From Stellaceae bacterium (GTDB lineage: Bacteria; Pseudomonadota; Alphaproteobacteria; ATCC43930; CGMCC-115725): 64,000 bases of DNA. Shown in pieces: positions 23,946 to 32,570 of this stretch. The notes beneath the pieces are model-generated. The model had not been told where the DNA came from. It searched no databases and saw only the letters and a list, made by a program, of their open reading frames with translations. The position numbers were made by a program, and so were the translations under genes. The stretch spans positions 36 to 64,035 of the forward strand of contig DATNIY010000050.1 in the NCBI GenBank assembly GCA_035604195.1, given 5' to 3'. How positions within the stretch are numbered: the first letter of the stretch is position 1; every line of letters starts with the position of its first letter.

Positions 23946-24710
23946 ATGACCGGGCGGGGGCAAGACGCGCCGGCTGGGACCGTCGACCCTGCCGAGGTCG
24001 AGCGCTTCGCGCGACTCGCCGATCGATGGTGGGATCCCGCGGGCGAGTTCAAGCCGCTGCACCGGCTGAACCCGGTGCGGCTCGCTTTCATCCGCGACCG
24101 GCTGCAGCGGCACTTCGGCCGCGATCCGAAGAGCCTGGCGCCCTTCGCCGGGTTGCGGCTCCTCGATATCGGCTGCGGCGGCGGCCTCATCGCCGAGCCG
24201 ATGGCGCGATTGGGCTTCACCGTGACCGGGATCGATGCCGATGCCGCGGCGCTCGCCACCGCCGGCGCCCATGCCGCGATGACTTCCTTATCGATCGACT
24301 ATCGGGCCGCCGCCGCCGAAGACCTCGCGGATGAGCGCGAGCGCTTCGACGTGGTGCTCGCGCTCGAGGTGGTGGAGCATGTCGCCGACCCCGGCCTCTT
24401 CTTCGCCGCCGCCGCCGCGCTGGTCCGGCCCGGAGGCGCGCTCGTCGCCGCCACCATCAACCGCACCATGAAGGCCTATCTGCTCGCCATCGTCGGTGCG
24501 GAAATGGTGCTGCGCTGGCTGCCGCGGGGCACCCACCGCTGGGAGAAATTCCTGCGGCCGTCGGAGCTTGCGGCGCTGGTGCGGGCGCAGGATATGGACG
24601 TCAAGGAGCTCTGCGGGATGGTCTATGAGCCGGCGGCCGACCGCTGGGTCCTCGGAGGTGATTTAGATACCAACTATTTATTATTTGCCACCAAAGCTCC
24701 GGCCAAATAA
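23946..24710 (+). CDS. ubiG: Bifunctional 3-demethylubiquinol 3-O-methyltransferase / 2-polyprenyl-6-hydroxyphenol methylase
   Basis: From ATG 23946 the sequence runs VDPAEVERFARLADRWWDPAGEFKPLHRLNPVRLAFIRD, then the SAM motif LLDIGCGGGLIAE, and ends ...DTNYLLFATK. The track ORF starts 29 codons upstream. Confidence 0.9.
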   Translation: MTGRGQDAPAGTVDPAEVERFARLADRWWDPAGEFKPLHRLNPVRLAFIRDRLQRHFGRDPKSLAPFAGLRLLDIGCGGGLIAEPMARLGFTVTGIDADAAALATAGAHAAMTSLSIDYRAAAAEDLADERERFDVVLALEVVEHVADPGLFFAAAAALVRPGGALVAATINRTMKAYLLAIVGAEMVLRWLPRGTHRWEKFLRPSELAALVRAQDMDVKELCGMVYEPAADRWVLGGDLDTNYLLFATKAPAK

Positions 24711-24713
24711 TCT
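24685..24713 (+). promoter_or_regulatory. Candidate promoter for the cold-shock gene, with an upstream A/T tract, embedded in the 3' end of ubiG
   Basis: TTGCCA (24685-24690), a 17-nt spacer, then TAATCT (24708-24713). It is preceded by AACTATTTATTATT. This would give a ~125-nt 5' UTR before ATG 24847. Motif match only. Confidence 0.35.
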
Positions 24714-24846
24714 ATAGGCGTCGCCACTTGCGACAACGGGGGTCGCCGCGGCATTTGCCGGCGGCGGCAGGTTGGGGAATTCGCTCGCATGGCTTTGGGC
24801 ACCGCCCATGCCGGGGGAGAGCGAACGGTCAAGCTATGGTGCGCTC

Positions 24847-25392
24847 ATGACGTTCAATTCGCAGCCGTCCGGAGAGGCCGTGCGGCTCTCCGGCAAGATC
24901 AAATGGTTCAATAGGAGCAAGGGGTTCGGCTTCATCGTCCCGAACGACGGAACGGGCGATGTGTTCTTGCCGCTGGTGGTGCTCGAACGCTCCGGTTTCG
25001 GCGAAGCGCCCGACGGCGCCAGCGTGGTCTTCGAATGGATGCAAGGGCCCAAGGGCCGTGCCGTGACTCAGGTCCTCGAGCTCGATGCCTCGACCGCGGT
25101 GCCGCGCGCCCCGCGCGAGGGCCGCCCGCGCTCGCGCGACAACGGCGGCGGCGGCGGCGGGTTCGGCGACCCCACCGGGCCGAGCGAATCGCTCGACGGC
25201 GTCGTCAAATGGTATGATCCGGCGCGCGGCTTCGGCTTCATTCTGCCCAATGACGGCGGCAAGGACATCTTCGTCCATGTCACCGCACTGCGGCGCTCGG
25301 GCCTCGATGGGCTCGAGCCGGGCCAGCCGGTGCGGATGATGGTGTCGCAGGCCCGGCGCGGCCGCGAGGCCTCCGCGATCGAGCTGCTTTAG
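24847..25392 (+). CDS. Cold-shock protein with two tandem cold-shock domains
   Basis: There are two CSD copies with RNP-1-like motifs: KIKWFNRSKGFGFIVPNDG and VVKWYDPARGFGFILPNDGG. A Gly/Arg-rich spacer lies between them. The start is taken at ATG 24847. Confidence 0.85.
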   Translation: MTFNSQPSGEAVRLSGKIKWFNRSKGFGFIVPNDGTGDVFLPLVVLERSGFGEAPDGASVVFEWMQGPKGRAVTQVLELDASTAVPRAPREGRPRSRDNGGGGGGFGDPTGPSESLDGVVKWYDPARGFGFILPNDGGKDIFVHVTALRRSGLDGLEPGQPVRMMVSQARRGREASAIELL

Positions 25393-25406
25393 CCCGGCCT
25401 TCGGCC

Positions 25407-26603
25407 TCATCGGCCGCGGCCGATGACGATGCCAGCGATGCCGGCCGCCACCGCCGCGGCGACGTAGGCCAGGCGATAACTGCCGGTCCAATCGACGAGC
25501 CCGCTGAAGACGATGGGCTCGATCACCGCGCCCATGAAGGTGAAGGCGAGGGCGCCGCCCGTTGCGGTGCCGGCATTGCCGGCCGGCGCCAGACGGGCGA
25601 CCTCGCCGAGGAAGACGCCGTTCCAGGCGACGCCGGTGGCGCCGAGCACCAGGGTCACCGCGCCGAGAAGGAGCACGGGCCAGCCGGCGGTGACCAGCGC
25701 CAGGGCGACGCAGCTTGCCGCCATGGCGAGACCCAAGAGGCAAAGGACGCGGCGCGGCGGCATCAGGCGGTCGCCGATCCAGCCCCAGAGAACGCGCCCG
25801 CCCATCGCCGCCGCCTGGGCCACCGCCAGGACCAGCCCCGCGGTCACCAGATCGATGCCGACCTGGTCGGTGAGAAAAGTGACGACGAAGGCGTTGAAGC
25901 ACGTTTGCATCGCCGAGAAGGCGAGCGAGGCCAGCGCCAGGCGCCGTAGCGGCGGCAGGCGCAGCACCAGGGCAAAGGCGTCGATCAGCCCGCGATTGGC
26001 GCGCGCGCGCGGATCGGCATCGTCGTCGAGGCTGGCGCGCAACGGCTCGACGGCGACGGTTATGGCGAGGACTGCCACTGCCAGAATCAGGGTCGTCATG
26101 CGCCATCCCAGCGTCAGCACCAGCGGCGGCACGACCACCCCGGCCAACGCGCCGCCCAAGGGAACGCCGGTCTGCTTGAGCGAGAACACCAGGCCGCGGC
26201 GATGCGGCGGCGTCTGGCGGATAAGGATGTGCGAACTTGCCGGTGTGATCGGCCCGTAGCCGAGCCCGATCACGACCGCAGCGAGAAAGGCGAGCCAAGG
26301 ATTGGCCGTGGTCAGCAAGGCCAAGCCGATTGCGGTGAGCACGCAGCCGACCTGGCTCATGCGGATCGCGCCATAGCGCCGCACCGGGCCGCCCGCCGCC
26401 GCCGCGGTAACACAGGCGGCGATATAGACGATCGCCATGAAGGCGCCGATGCGATTGGGATCGACCCCGATATCCGGCGCCGCCGTGCCGACGAAGACCG
26501 CCGGCGCCAGCCCGGCCATCGAGATCAGCGCCTGGACCGCCAAGGTCGCAGTGAGTGCGTACATTGAGGACCGAGGGTGCTTGAAGAAGCCGCCTCCGGT
26601 CAA
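25407..26603 (-). CDS. Major facilitator superfamily transporter
   Basis: ~398 aa. It is hydrophobic throughout with about 12 predicted TM stretches and an MFS-like loop motif (GPVRRYGAIRM). The start is uncertain (TTG 26603 or ATG 26564). Confidence 0.75.
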   Translation of the reverse strand: MTGGGFFKHPRSSMYALTATLAVQALISMAGLAPAVFVGTAAPDIGVDPNRIGAFMAIVYIAACVTAAAAGGPVRRYGAIRMSQVGCVLTAIGLALLTTANPWLAFLAAVVIGLGYGPITPASSHILIRQTPPHRRGLVFSLKQTGVPLGGALAGVVVPPLVLTLGWRMTTLILAVAVLAITVAVEPLRASLDDDADPRARANRGLIDAFALVLRLPPLRRLALASLAFSAMQTCFNAFVVTFLTDQVGIDLVTAGLVLAVAQAAAMGGRVLWGWIGDRLMPPRRVLCLLGLAMAASCVALALVTAGWPVLLLGAVTLVLGATGVAWNGVFLGEVARLAPAGNAGTATGGALAFTFMGAVIEPIVFSGLVDWTGSYRLAYVAAAVAAGIAGIVIGRGR

Positions 26604-26697
26604 CCGACGAGCATATTAAGGTTGGCGAAAGCGCGACTCCGTGATACCGTATTTAGTGGCAAGCACGTCCTTCAACCACAGCATACGGTGGGACGGA

Positions 26698-27036
26698 ATG
26701 GAGACTATCTGGACGCCCGACCTCATGGAGCGGCTTTCTGTGCTCTGGGACGAGGGCCTGCCGACGGCCGAGATCGGCCGGCGGCTCGGTATCAGCAAGA
26801 ATGCGGTGATCGGCAAGGCGCACCGGCTGGCGCTGAAGGCGCGGCCCTCGCCCCTGAAGCGGCCGCCGACGCGCCGCGTGATCGGCATCAGCGTGCCGGT
26901 CTGCACTTGGCCGCAAGGCCACCCCGGCGACAAGGACTTCCGCTTCTGCGGCCAGCGGCCGTTGCCCGGCAAGTCCTATTGCGCCGAGCACGCGGCACTC
27001 GCCTATATCCGGCCGAAGAGCCACAACGCCGCTTGA
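26698..27036 (+). CDS. gcrA: GcrA-family cell-cycle regulator (short form, 112 aa)
   Basis: METIWTPDLMERLSVLWDEGLPTAEIGRRLGISKNAVIGKAHRLAL matches the GcrA N-terminal domain. The C-terminal box CTWPQGHPGDKDFRFCGQRPLPGKSYCAEHAALAY is also present. The ATG follows GGGACGGA. Confidence 0.85.
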   Translation: METIWTPDLMERLSVLWDEGLPTAEIGRRLGISKNAVIGKAHRLALKARPSPLKRPPTRRVIGISVPVCTWPQGHPGDKDFRFCGQRPLPGKSYCAEHAALAYIRPKSHNAA

Positions 27037-27117
27037 GGCACCGGCCCGTCCGAGGCGGGCGCGGCGAAGACCGCTTAGGGATTGACGCGCGGCGCGGTTC
27101 CGGTCGAGATGGACGCC

Positions 27118-27876
27118 GTGTTGAAAATGCGCGTCATCCCCTGTCTCGACGTCAAGGACGGGCGCACCGTGAAGGGCGTCAACTTCGTCGATTTGGTCGA
27201 TGCCGGTGATCCCGTCGAGCAGGCCAAGGTCTATGACGCCGAGGGCGCCGACGAGTTGTGCTTCCTCGACATCACTGCCTCGGCCGAGGACCGCTCGACC
27301 CTCTACGATGTGGTGGCGCGCACCGCCGAGCAATGCTTCATGCCCCTAACCGTCGGCGGCGGCGTGCGCTCGGTCGAGGACATAAGGCTGCTGTTGCTGG
27401 CGGGGGCCGACAAGACCTCGATCAATACCGCCGCGGTGCAGCGGCCCGAACTCGTCCGCGCGGCGGCGGAGAAATTCGGCAGCCAATGCATCGTCGTCGC
27501 CATCGACGCCAAGCAATCCGCGCCACAGCGTTGGGAGGTGTTCACCCATGGCGGGCGGCGCGGCACCGGGCTCGATGCGGTCGCCTGGGCGCGGCGCATG
27601 GCCGAAATGGGCGCGGGCGAGATTCTCCTCACTTCGATGGACCGCGACGGGACGCGGCAAGGCTTCGACATTCCGCTGACCCGCGCCGTCGCCGATGCGG
27701 TGACGGTTCCCGTCATTGCCTCGGGCGGCGTCGGCACGCTCGACCACTTGGTCGAGGGGATCCGGGACGGCCACGCCACCGCCGTGCTCGCCGCCTCGAT
27801 CTTCCATTTCGGCATGTTCCGCATCGCCGAGGCCAAGGCCCATCTCGCCGCTTCCGGGATTCCGGTGCGGCCGTAA
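27118..27876 (+). CDS. hisF: Imidazole glycerol phosphate synthase cyclase subunit
   Basis: (M)[22 protein letters not shown]...[11 protein letters not shown]...ASGGVG. The start is ambiguous (GTG 27118, ATG 27109 or ATG 27127). Confidence 0.92.
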   Translation: MLKMRVIPCLDVKDGRTVKGVNFVDLVDAGDPVEQAKVYDAEGADELCFLDITASAEDRSTLYDVVARTAEQCFMPLTVGGGVRSVEDIRLLLLAGADKTSINTAAVQRPELVRAAAEKFGSQCIVVAIDAKQSAPQRWEVFTHGGRRGTGLDAVAWARRMAEMGAGEILLTSMDRDGTRQGFDIPLTRAVADAVTVPVIASGGVGTLDHLVEGIRDGHATAVLAASIFHFGMFRIAEAKAHLAASGIPVRP

Positions 27877-27950
27877 CGGCAGGCCTTGCCGAGAGGCGAG
27901 GCGCGCGGGCATCCTGCGGCGTTTCCCGCACCGGCAACGCGGAGGACGAC

Positions 27951-28283
27951 ATGGCCGAAATCGACGGCAGCGTGCTCGACCGGCTGTTCGGCACCATTGC
28001 CGCGCGCCGCGGCGCCGATCCCGCGCTCTCCTACACGGCAAAGCTGCTGGCCGCGGGCCGGCCGCGCATCGCGCAGAAGCTCGGCGAAGAGGCGGTCGAG
28101 ACGGTGATCGCGGCGCTCCGCGGGAGCGCTCAGGACCTCGTTGGCGAGAGCGCCGATCTGCTCTATCACCTGCTGGTTCTGTGGGCCGAAGCCGGGATTG
28201 CGCCGGCGGAGGTGTGGTCGGCGCTCGAGGCGCGCATGGGCAGCTCCGGCATCGCCGAGAAGTTCGGCCGCGCGCACTCGTGA
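27951..28283 (+). CDS. hisE: Phosphoribosyl-ATP pyrophosphatase
   Basis: 110 aa, from ATG 27951 in the frame of track ORF 27258-28283. It contains LDRLFGTIAARRGADPALSYTAKLL...KLGEEAVETVIAA...ESADLLYHLLVLW. Confidence 0.9.
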   Translation: MAEIDGSVLDRLFGTIAARRGADPALSYTAKLLAAGRPRIAQKLGEEAVETVIAALRGSAQDLVGESADLLYHLLVLWAEAGIAPAEVWSALEARMGSSGIAEKFGRAHS

Positions 28284-28305
28284 CGGTGCGCGAGGGGAGA
28301 TTGCC

Positions 28306-28668
28306 ATGGCCTACGACCGCAACAACATCTTCGCGCGCATCCTGCGCGGCGAGATTCCTTGCAAGAAAGTGTATGAGGACGCCCATGTCCTCGCCTTCCA
28401 CGACATCAGGCCGCAAACGCCGGTGCATGTCTTGGTGATTCCCAAGGGCGAATACGTCTCCCTCGACGATTTCGCAGCGCAGGCCTCCGATGCCGAGATC
28501 GTCGCCTTCACCCGCGCCGTCGGCAAGATCGCCCGCGATGCCGGGGTCGCCGACAGCGGCTATCGCATCCTCGCCAATCACGGCCGCGACGCGAACCAGG
28601 AAGTGCCGCATTTCCACGTCCATATCTTCGGCGGGCGCAGCCTCGGCCGCATGATCGGCAGGGAATAG
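28306..28668 (+). CDS. HIT-family (histidine triad) nucleotide-binding protein
   Basis: MAYDRNNIFARILRGEIPCKKVYEDAHVLAFHDIRPQ... plus the histidine triad HFHVHIFGG. Confidence 0.9.
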   Translation: MAYDRNNIFARILRGEIPCKKVYEDAHVLAFHDIRPQTPVHVLVIPKGEYVSLDDFAAQASDAEIVAFTRAVGKIARDAGVADSGYRILANHGRDANQEVPHFHVHIFGGRSLGRMIGRE

Positions 28669-28805
28669 AGACGGCCAAGCCCGGCCGCGCGCGAACCGGC
28701 CGGCGCCGCACCGGACGCGCGTTAACCGTTTGCCAAAATTCGTTAGCAAAAAATTAACCATGCAGGGCGTGAACTTAGGCTGCGATATAGAGAAACAGCT
28801 TTATC

Positions 28806-29375
28806 ATGTCCGCACACGCCATAGACGAGCCGGTCCTTGCCGCGCTGTTGCATTACTGGGATTCGAAGCGAGCGGATCGGCCGATGCCGGCGCGCCATGC
28901 GATCGATCCCCTGGAGATGGGCGCGGAACTGTTGCCGCATCTCATGCTCTGCGATCTTTACGACCGCGGCACGCGCGTGCGCTTTCGCCTGGTCGGGACG
29001 ACCGTAGTGCGGCGCTTCGGCTTCGATCCGACCGGCCGGTTTCTCGCCGACCAGCCGCGCGGCAGCTATTTCGACCTCATGGCCGCGCTCCATCGCCTGC
29101 TCTATTGCGAGCGGGCGCCGCTTTATTCCGAGAGCGTCTTCTGCTGGGGCGCGCGGCGCCGCCTCGAGGCGCGGCATCTGCTGTTGCCGTTGACCAATGG
29201 CGGCCCTGATCCGGCGATCACTCTCGTCGGTATCTCCTTCGCCTCGGACACGCGGTTTCCGCCGCTGCTGCGCTCGCTCAATGCCATCGCCGCGCATGGC
29301 GAAACGCATCGCTCGGTGCTGAGCCTGCCGGCGCCCCGCGCCTGGCCGGCGCAGCGGGGCCGCAACGTGGCCTAA
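28806..29375 (+). CDS. PAS_5 (DUF1457) domain protein
   Basis: LLHYWDSKRADRPMPARHAIDPLEMGAELLPHLMLCDLYDRGTRVRFRLVGTTVVRRFGFDPTGRFL matches my memory of the PF07310 family, which is common in alphaproteobacteria. Confidence 0.7.
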   Translation: MSAHAIDEPVLAALLHYWDSKRADRPMPARHAIDPLEMGAELLPHLMLCDLYDRGTRVRFRLVGTTVVRRFGFDPTGRFLADQPRGSYFDLMAALHRLLYCERAPLYSESVFCWGARRRLEARHLLLPLTNGGPDPAITLVGISFASDTRFPPLLRSLNAIAAHGETHRSVLSLPAPRAWPAQRGRNVA

Positions 29376-29387
29376 ATCCGTCCGCGG

Positions 29388-31280
29388 TCAGATCTCGGTC
29401 TGGCCGCCGAGCTCGACGACGCGGTTGGTCGGGATGCGGAAGTATTCCGTCGCGCTCAGCATCGTTCGATGCATGAAGATGAAAATCACCTTGGGCCAAC
29501 GTCCGAGGCCGTCGCGCTGGCCGACCACGACCTTCTCGCGGCCGACGAAGAAGGAGGTCTCGAGCAGGTTGAAGCGGAACTGCATGAGCCGGAGCTGCGC
29601 CAGCGCGCGCGGAATATTGGGCTCGTCCATGAAGCCATAGCGCACGGTGATGGCGTGGAAGTTTCGATCGAGATGACGGATCGTGAGCCTCTGCTCGTTC
29701 GGCACGTGCGGCACGTCCTCGGTTACCACCTGCATGAGCACGACGCGCTCGTGCAGCACCTTGTTGTGCTTGAGATTGTGCAAGAGAGCGGTCGGCACGA
29801 CGTCGGTGTTGGGCGCCATGAACACGGCGGTGCCGGGAACGCGGCTCGGCCGGTCGGGCTTCAGCGACTTGAGGAAGATGTCGAGCGGCATGGTCTCGCG
29901 CCAACGCTCGGCGAGCAGCATGTCGCGCCCCCGCACCCAGATGATCATGAGCAAGAAGATGATGGCGCCCACCGCCAGCGGGAACCAGCCGCCCTCGACG
30001 ATCTTGGTCATATTGGCGCCGAAGAAGGAGAGATCGACGACGAGGAAGCCACCGAAGAGCAAGGCCGCGCCCACGGGATTCCACTTGGCGACGCCGATGG
30101 TGTAAACGAGCGCCAGGATCGTCGTCAGCGTCATGGTGCCGGTGACGGCGATACCGTAGGCCGCGCCGAGATTGTCGGAGCTGCGGAACCCCAGCACCAG
30201 CGCCAGCACCGCGACGAGCAGGAAATAGTTCATCCTGGGCACGTAGATCTGGCCGATCTCCGCCTCGGAGGTGTGACGGATCTCGAAGCGCGGCAGATAG
30301 CCCAAGAGCACGGCTTGGCGCGTCATCGAGAACGCGCCGGAGATCACCGCCTGGGACGCGATCACCGTCGCCGCTGCGGCGAGAGCGACGAGCGGATAAA
30401 TCGCCCAGGCCGGAGCGAGGCGGTAGAACGGATTCTCGAGCGCGAGGGGATTGTCGAGCAGCAGCGCTCCCTGGCCGAAATAATTGAGGAGCAGCGCGGG
30501 GAAGACGAAGGACAACCAGTCGATGCGGATGGGCCGCCGGCCGAAATGACCCATATCGGCATAGAGCGCCTCGGCCCCGGTGACGGCGAGCACGACGGCG
30601 CCCAAGAGGACGAAGCCTTTCGCCGGAGCGGCGCCGATCAGCGCGAAGCCGTAGAACGGATTGAGCGCCTTGAGGATCTGCGGGTGCAGCACGATGCCGC
30701 GGATGCCGAGAACCGCGATGGTGACGAACCAGATGGTCATGACCGGGCCGAAACAGCCGCCGACGATCGCCGTCCCGCTCCGTTGCACCATGAAGAGCGC
30801 AAGCAAGAGCACGACCGTCAAGGGAATGACAAAGGGATCGAAGAGCGGCGTCGCGACCTTGAGGCCTTCGACCGCGCTCAGAACCGAGATCGCCGGCGTG
30901 ATGACGCCATCGCCATAGAAGAGCGCGGCGCCGAGCAGTCCGGCGCAGAGAATCCACCAGCGCAATTTGCTGTCATCGTGGCTTGCCCGCAGCGCGAGCG
31001 CGGTGAGCGCCAAGATGCCGCCCTCGCCGCGATTGTCCGCGCGCAGGATGACCGTGACATATTTGAGGGTGACGATAATCGTCAAGGCCCAGGTGATGAG
31101 CGACAAGACGCCGTAGATCGCCGGCTGCGTCACCCCGCCGATGTCGTCGAAGCATTGCCGAACGGTGTAAAGCGGCGAAGTGCCGATGTCGCCGTAGACG
31201 ATCCCGAGCGCGCCGAGAAAAAGTTTCTGGCGATTACGAGCCGGCGCCTCGGCTCGGAAATCCGCGGCGGTCTCCGCCAT
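29388..31280 (-). CDS. kup: Potassium uptake transporter Kup
   Basis: 630 aa. It has the N-terminal LGALGIVYGDIGTSPLYT, about 12 TM segments and a cytoplasmic C-terminal domain. Confidence 0.95.
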   Translation of the reverse strand: MAETAADFRAEAPARNRQKLFLGALGIVYGDIGTSPLYTVRQCFDDIGGVTQPAIYGVLSLITWALTIIVTLKYVTVILRADNRGEGGILALTALALRASHDDSKLRWWILCAGLLGAALFYGDGVITPAISVLSAVEGLKVATPLFDPFVIPLTVVLLLALFMVQRSGTAIVGGCFGPVMTIWFVTIAVLGIRGIVLHPQILKALNPFYGFALIGAAPAKGFVLLGAVVLAVTGAEALYADMGHFGRRPIRIDWLSFVFPALLLNYFGQGALLLDNPLALENPFYRLAPAWAIYPLVALAAAATVIASQAVISGAFSMTRQAVLLGYLPRFEIRHTSEAEIGQIYVPRMNYFLLVAVLALVLGFRSSDNLGAAYGIAVTGTMTLTTILALVYTIGVAKWNPVGAALLFGGFLVVDLSFFGANMTKIVEGGWFPLAVGAIIFLLMIIWVRGRDMLLAERWRETMPLDIFLKSLKPDRPSRVPGTAVFMAPNTDVVPTALLHNLKHNKVLHERVVLMQVVTEDVPHVPNEQRLTIRHLDRNFHAITVRYGFMDEPNIPRALAQLRLMQFRFNLLETSFFVGREKVVVGQRDGLGRWPKVIFIFMHRTMLSATEYFRIPTNRVVELGGQTEI

Positions 31281-31397
31281 GCTGTCTCTGGCCTTCCCCA
31301 GTTCGGGAGGCGCCGTCTTTATACCTTGCCGGACCGCAAGGCAATCGGCGCGCCGCCGGCCTCATCCGCCTCGCCGCCGCCGCCACTTGCGGCGAGC

Positions 31398-31802
31398 TCA
31401 TTGCACAATTCGCCGCGGACGTCCGAAGGCGCTGATGGCGACGAAGGTAAATTCGGCGTCTGTCACCTTGACCCGGTCGCCCTGGCCCTGGCGCAGCACC
31501 CAAACTTCGACGCTGAGACTGATCGACGTCCGCCCGACCCGCAGCACATCGGTGTAGCAGCAGACGACGTCGCCGACCTGCACCGGCTGAAGAAAGGCGA
31601 TGTTGGATACCGCGACGGTAACGACGCGGCCTTTGGCGATCTGCGTCGCGGTCATTGCGCCGGCGGCATCCATCAAGGACATAATCCAGCCGCCGAACAT
31701 GTCGCCGCGCGGATTGGTATCGGCCGGCATCGCCAAGGTCCGCGAGGCAAGCTCGCCGCGCGGCTCGACGGCAGCGTTCTGCATTTGGCTAAGAATGGGC
31801 AT
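31398..31802 (-). CDS. Acyl-CoA thioesterase, YciA-like hotdog fold
   Basis: From ATG 31802 the sequence RTLAMPADTNPRGDMFGGWIMSLMD...GRVVTVAV...VGDVVCCY...GRTSISLSVEVW is collinear with E. coli YciA from memory. The track ORF extends 24 codons into the AT-rich island. Confidence 0.85.
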   Translation of the reverse strand: MPILSQMQNAAVEPRGELASRTLAMPADTNPRGDMFGGWIMSLMDAAGAMTATQIAKGRVVTVAVSNIAFLQPVQVGDVVCCYTDVLRVGRTSISLSVEVWVLRQGQGDRVKVTDAEFTFVAISAFGRPRRIVQ

Positions 31803-31869
31803 CGACGCACCACCAGAAATGGTTTCCGGACCTCCTCGCGGAGTCGGCGTTCCCACCCGCCGCTCATGT

Positions 31870-31932
31870 TGCATTGCAAGATAAATAAGTCAAGGTTATA
31901 TATCGATAAAAGTATTGTTACAGTGCAATGCA
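31870..31932. promoter_or_regulatory. Pair of TGCA(A/T)TGCA sites 54 bp apart flanking a TATCGATA palindrome, inside a ~30% GC island
   Basis: TGCATTGCA (31870-31878) and TGCAATGCA (31924-31932) are reverse complements of each other. TATCGATA (31901-31908) lies near the midpoint. The element sits in a divergent intergenic region. Confidence 0.5.
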
Positions 31933-32039
31933 CAATAATTCGGCAGAGGCCGCTCGCGAGATTGCCGGGGCGCGCCCGGTCCGAATCGGTCCACTATCCG
32001 ATTGACGTATGCACCGCCGAGCGCGGCAGACTCGGGATC

Positions 32040-32552
32040 ATGTCCGGCCGCTTCAAGTGGAAGCATCTGTGGTGGGCGGTGGTCGCCGCCATCGGCGCGG
32101 TTTCGTATTTCGATCTGCCATTGCCGCGGGGCTGGAGCGCTTGGCTGCTCGCCACCGACCTTTGGCTCATCAACCACACGGTCTATCCCGGCTTATTCAT
32201 CCTGTTCGTCGTCCTGCTCGTCGCGACGATCCTCGTCCCGGAGGCGCTGCGCCGGTTGCGCGCCGCGCCGCAGCAAGAGGAAACCGTCGAGCAACTGATC
32301 GACCGCGCGGCGGCGGCGCGGGCGCAGGCGGAGGACAAGCTGCGACGGCGCGCAGCGCGGCGGAACGACATCGAGCGCGTTCTGCGCCGGCTGGAGGATG
32401 TCGCATCCGCGCTGCGATGGCGCAGCAACCTCTTCGCGCGGCTATTGCGCCGGCTGCACGACCGCGCCTTGAGCGCGGAGCTGCGGCGCACCGATCCTTC
32501 GCAATGGAAGCAGGGCGATCTCTTCGATCTCGGCGATAACCGCGAGCCGTGA
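32040..32552 (+). CDS. Hypothetical membrane protein (2 TM segments + Arg/Ala-rich helical tail)
   Basis: This is the last 170 codons of the otherwise antisense track ORF 29469-32552, from ATG 32040. It has hydrophobic segments WWAVVAAIGAVSYF and VYPGLFILFVVLLVATILV, followed by a charged helical region. I recognise no family. Confidence 0.5.
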   Translation: MSGRFKWKHLWWAVVAAIGAVSYFDLPLPRGWSAWLLATDLWLINHTVYPGLFILFVVLLVATILVPEALRRLRAAPQQEETVEQLIDRAAAARAQAEDKLRRRAARRNDIERVLRRLEDVASALRWRSNLFARLLRRLHDRALSAELRRTDPSQWKQGDLFDLGDNREP

Positions 32553-32570
32553 GCGCGCGCTTTCGTAACG

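Noticed and set aside
25408-25425. Perfect 18-bp palindrome CATCGGCCGCGGCCGATG between the convergent csp and MFS genes, as a bidirectional terminator
   Set aside because: It lies inside the last codons of the MFS gene and has no flanking T/A tracts. It may still fold in RNA, but the evidence for terminator function is insufficient.
29469-32039. Most of the 1027-aa plus-strand ORF 29469-32552
   Set aside because: It is antisense to kup and to the thioesterase gene, and its composition is repetitive Arg/Asp/Glu/Gly. Only the last 170 codons (from ATG 32040), which lie in otherwise unoccupied DNA and have membrane-protein character, were kept as a candidate gene.
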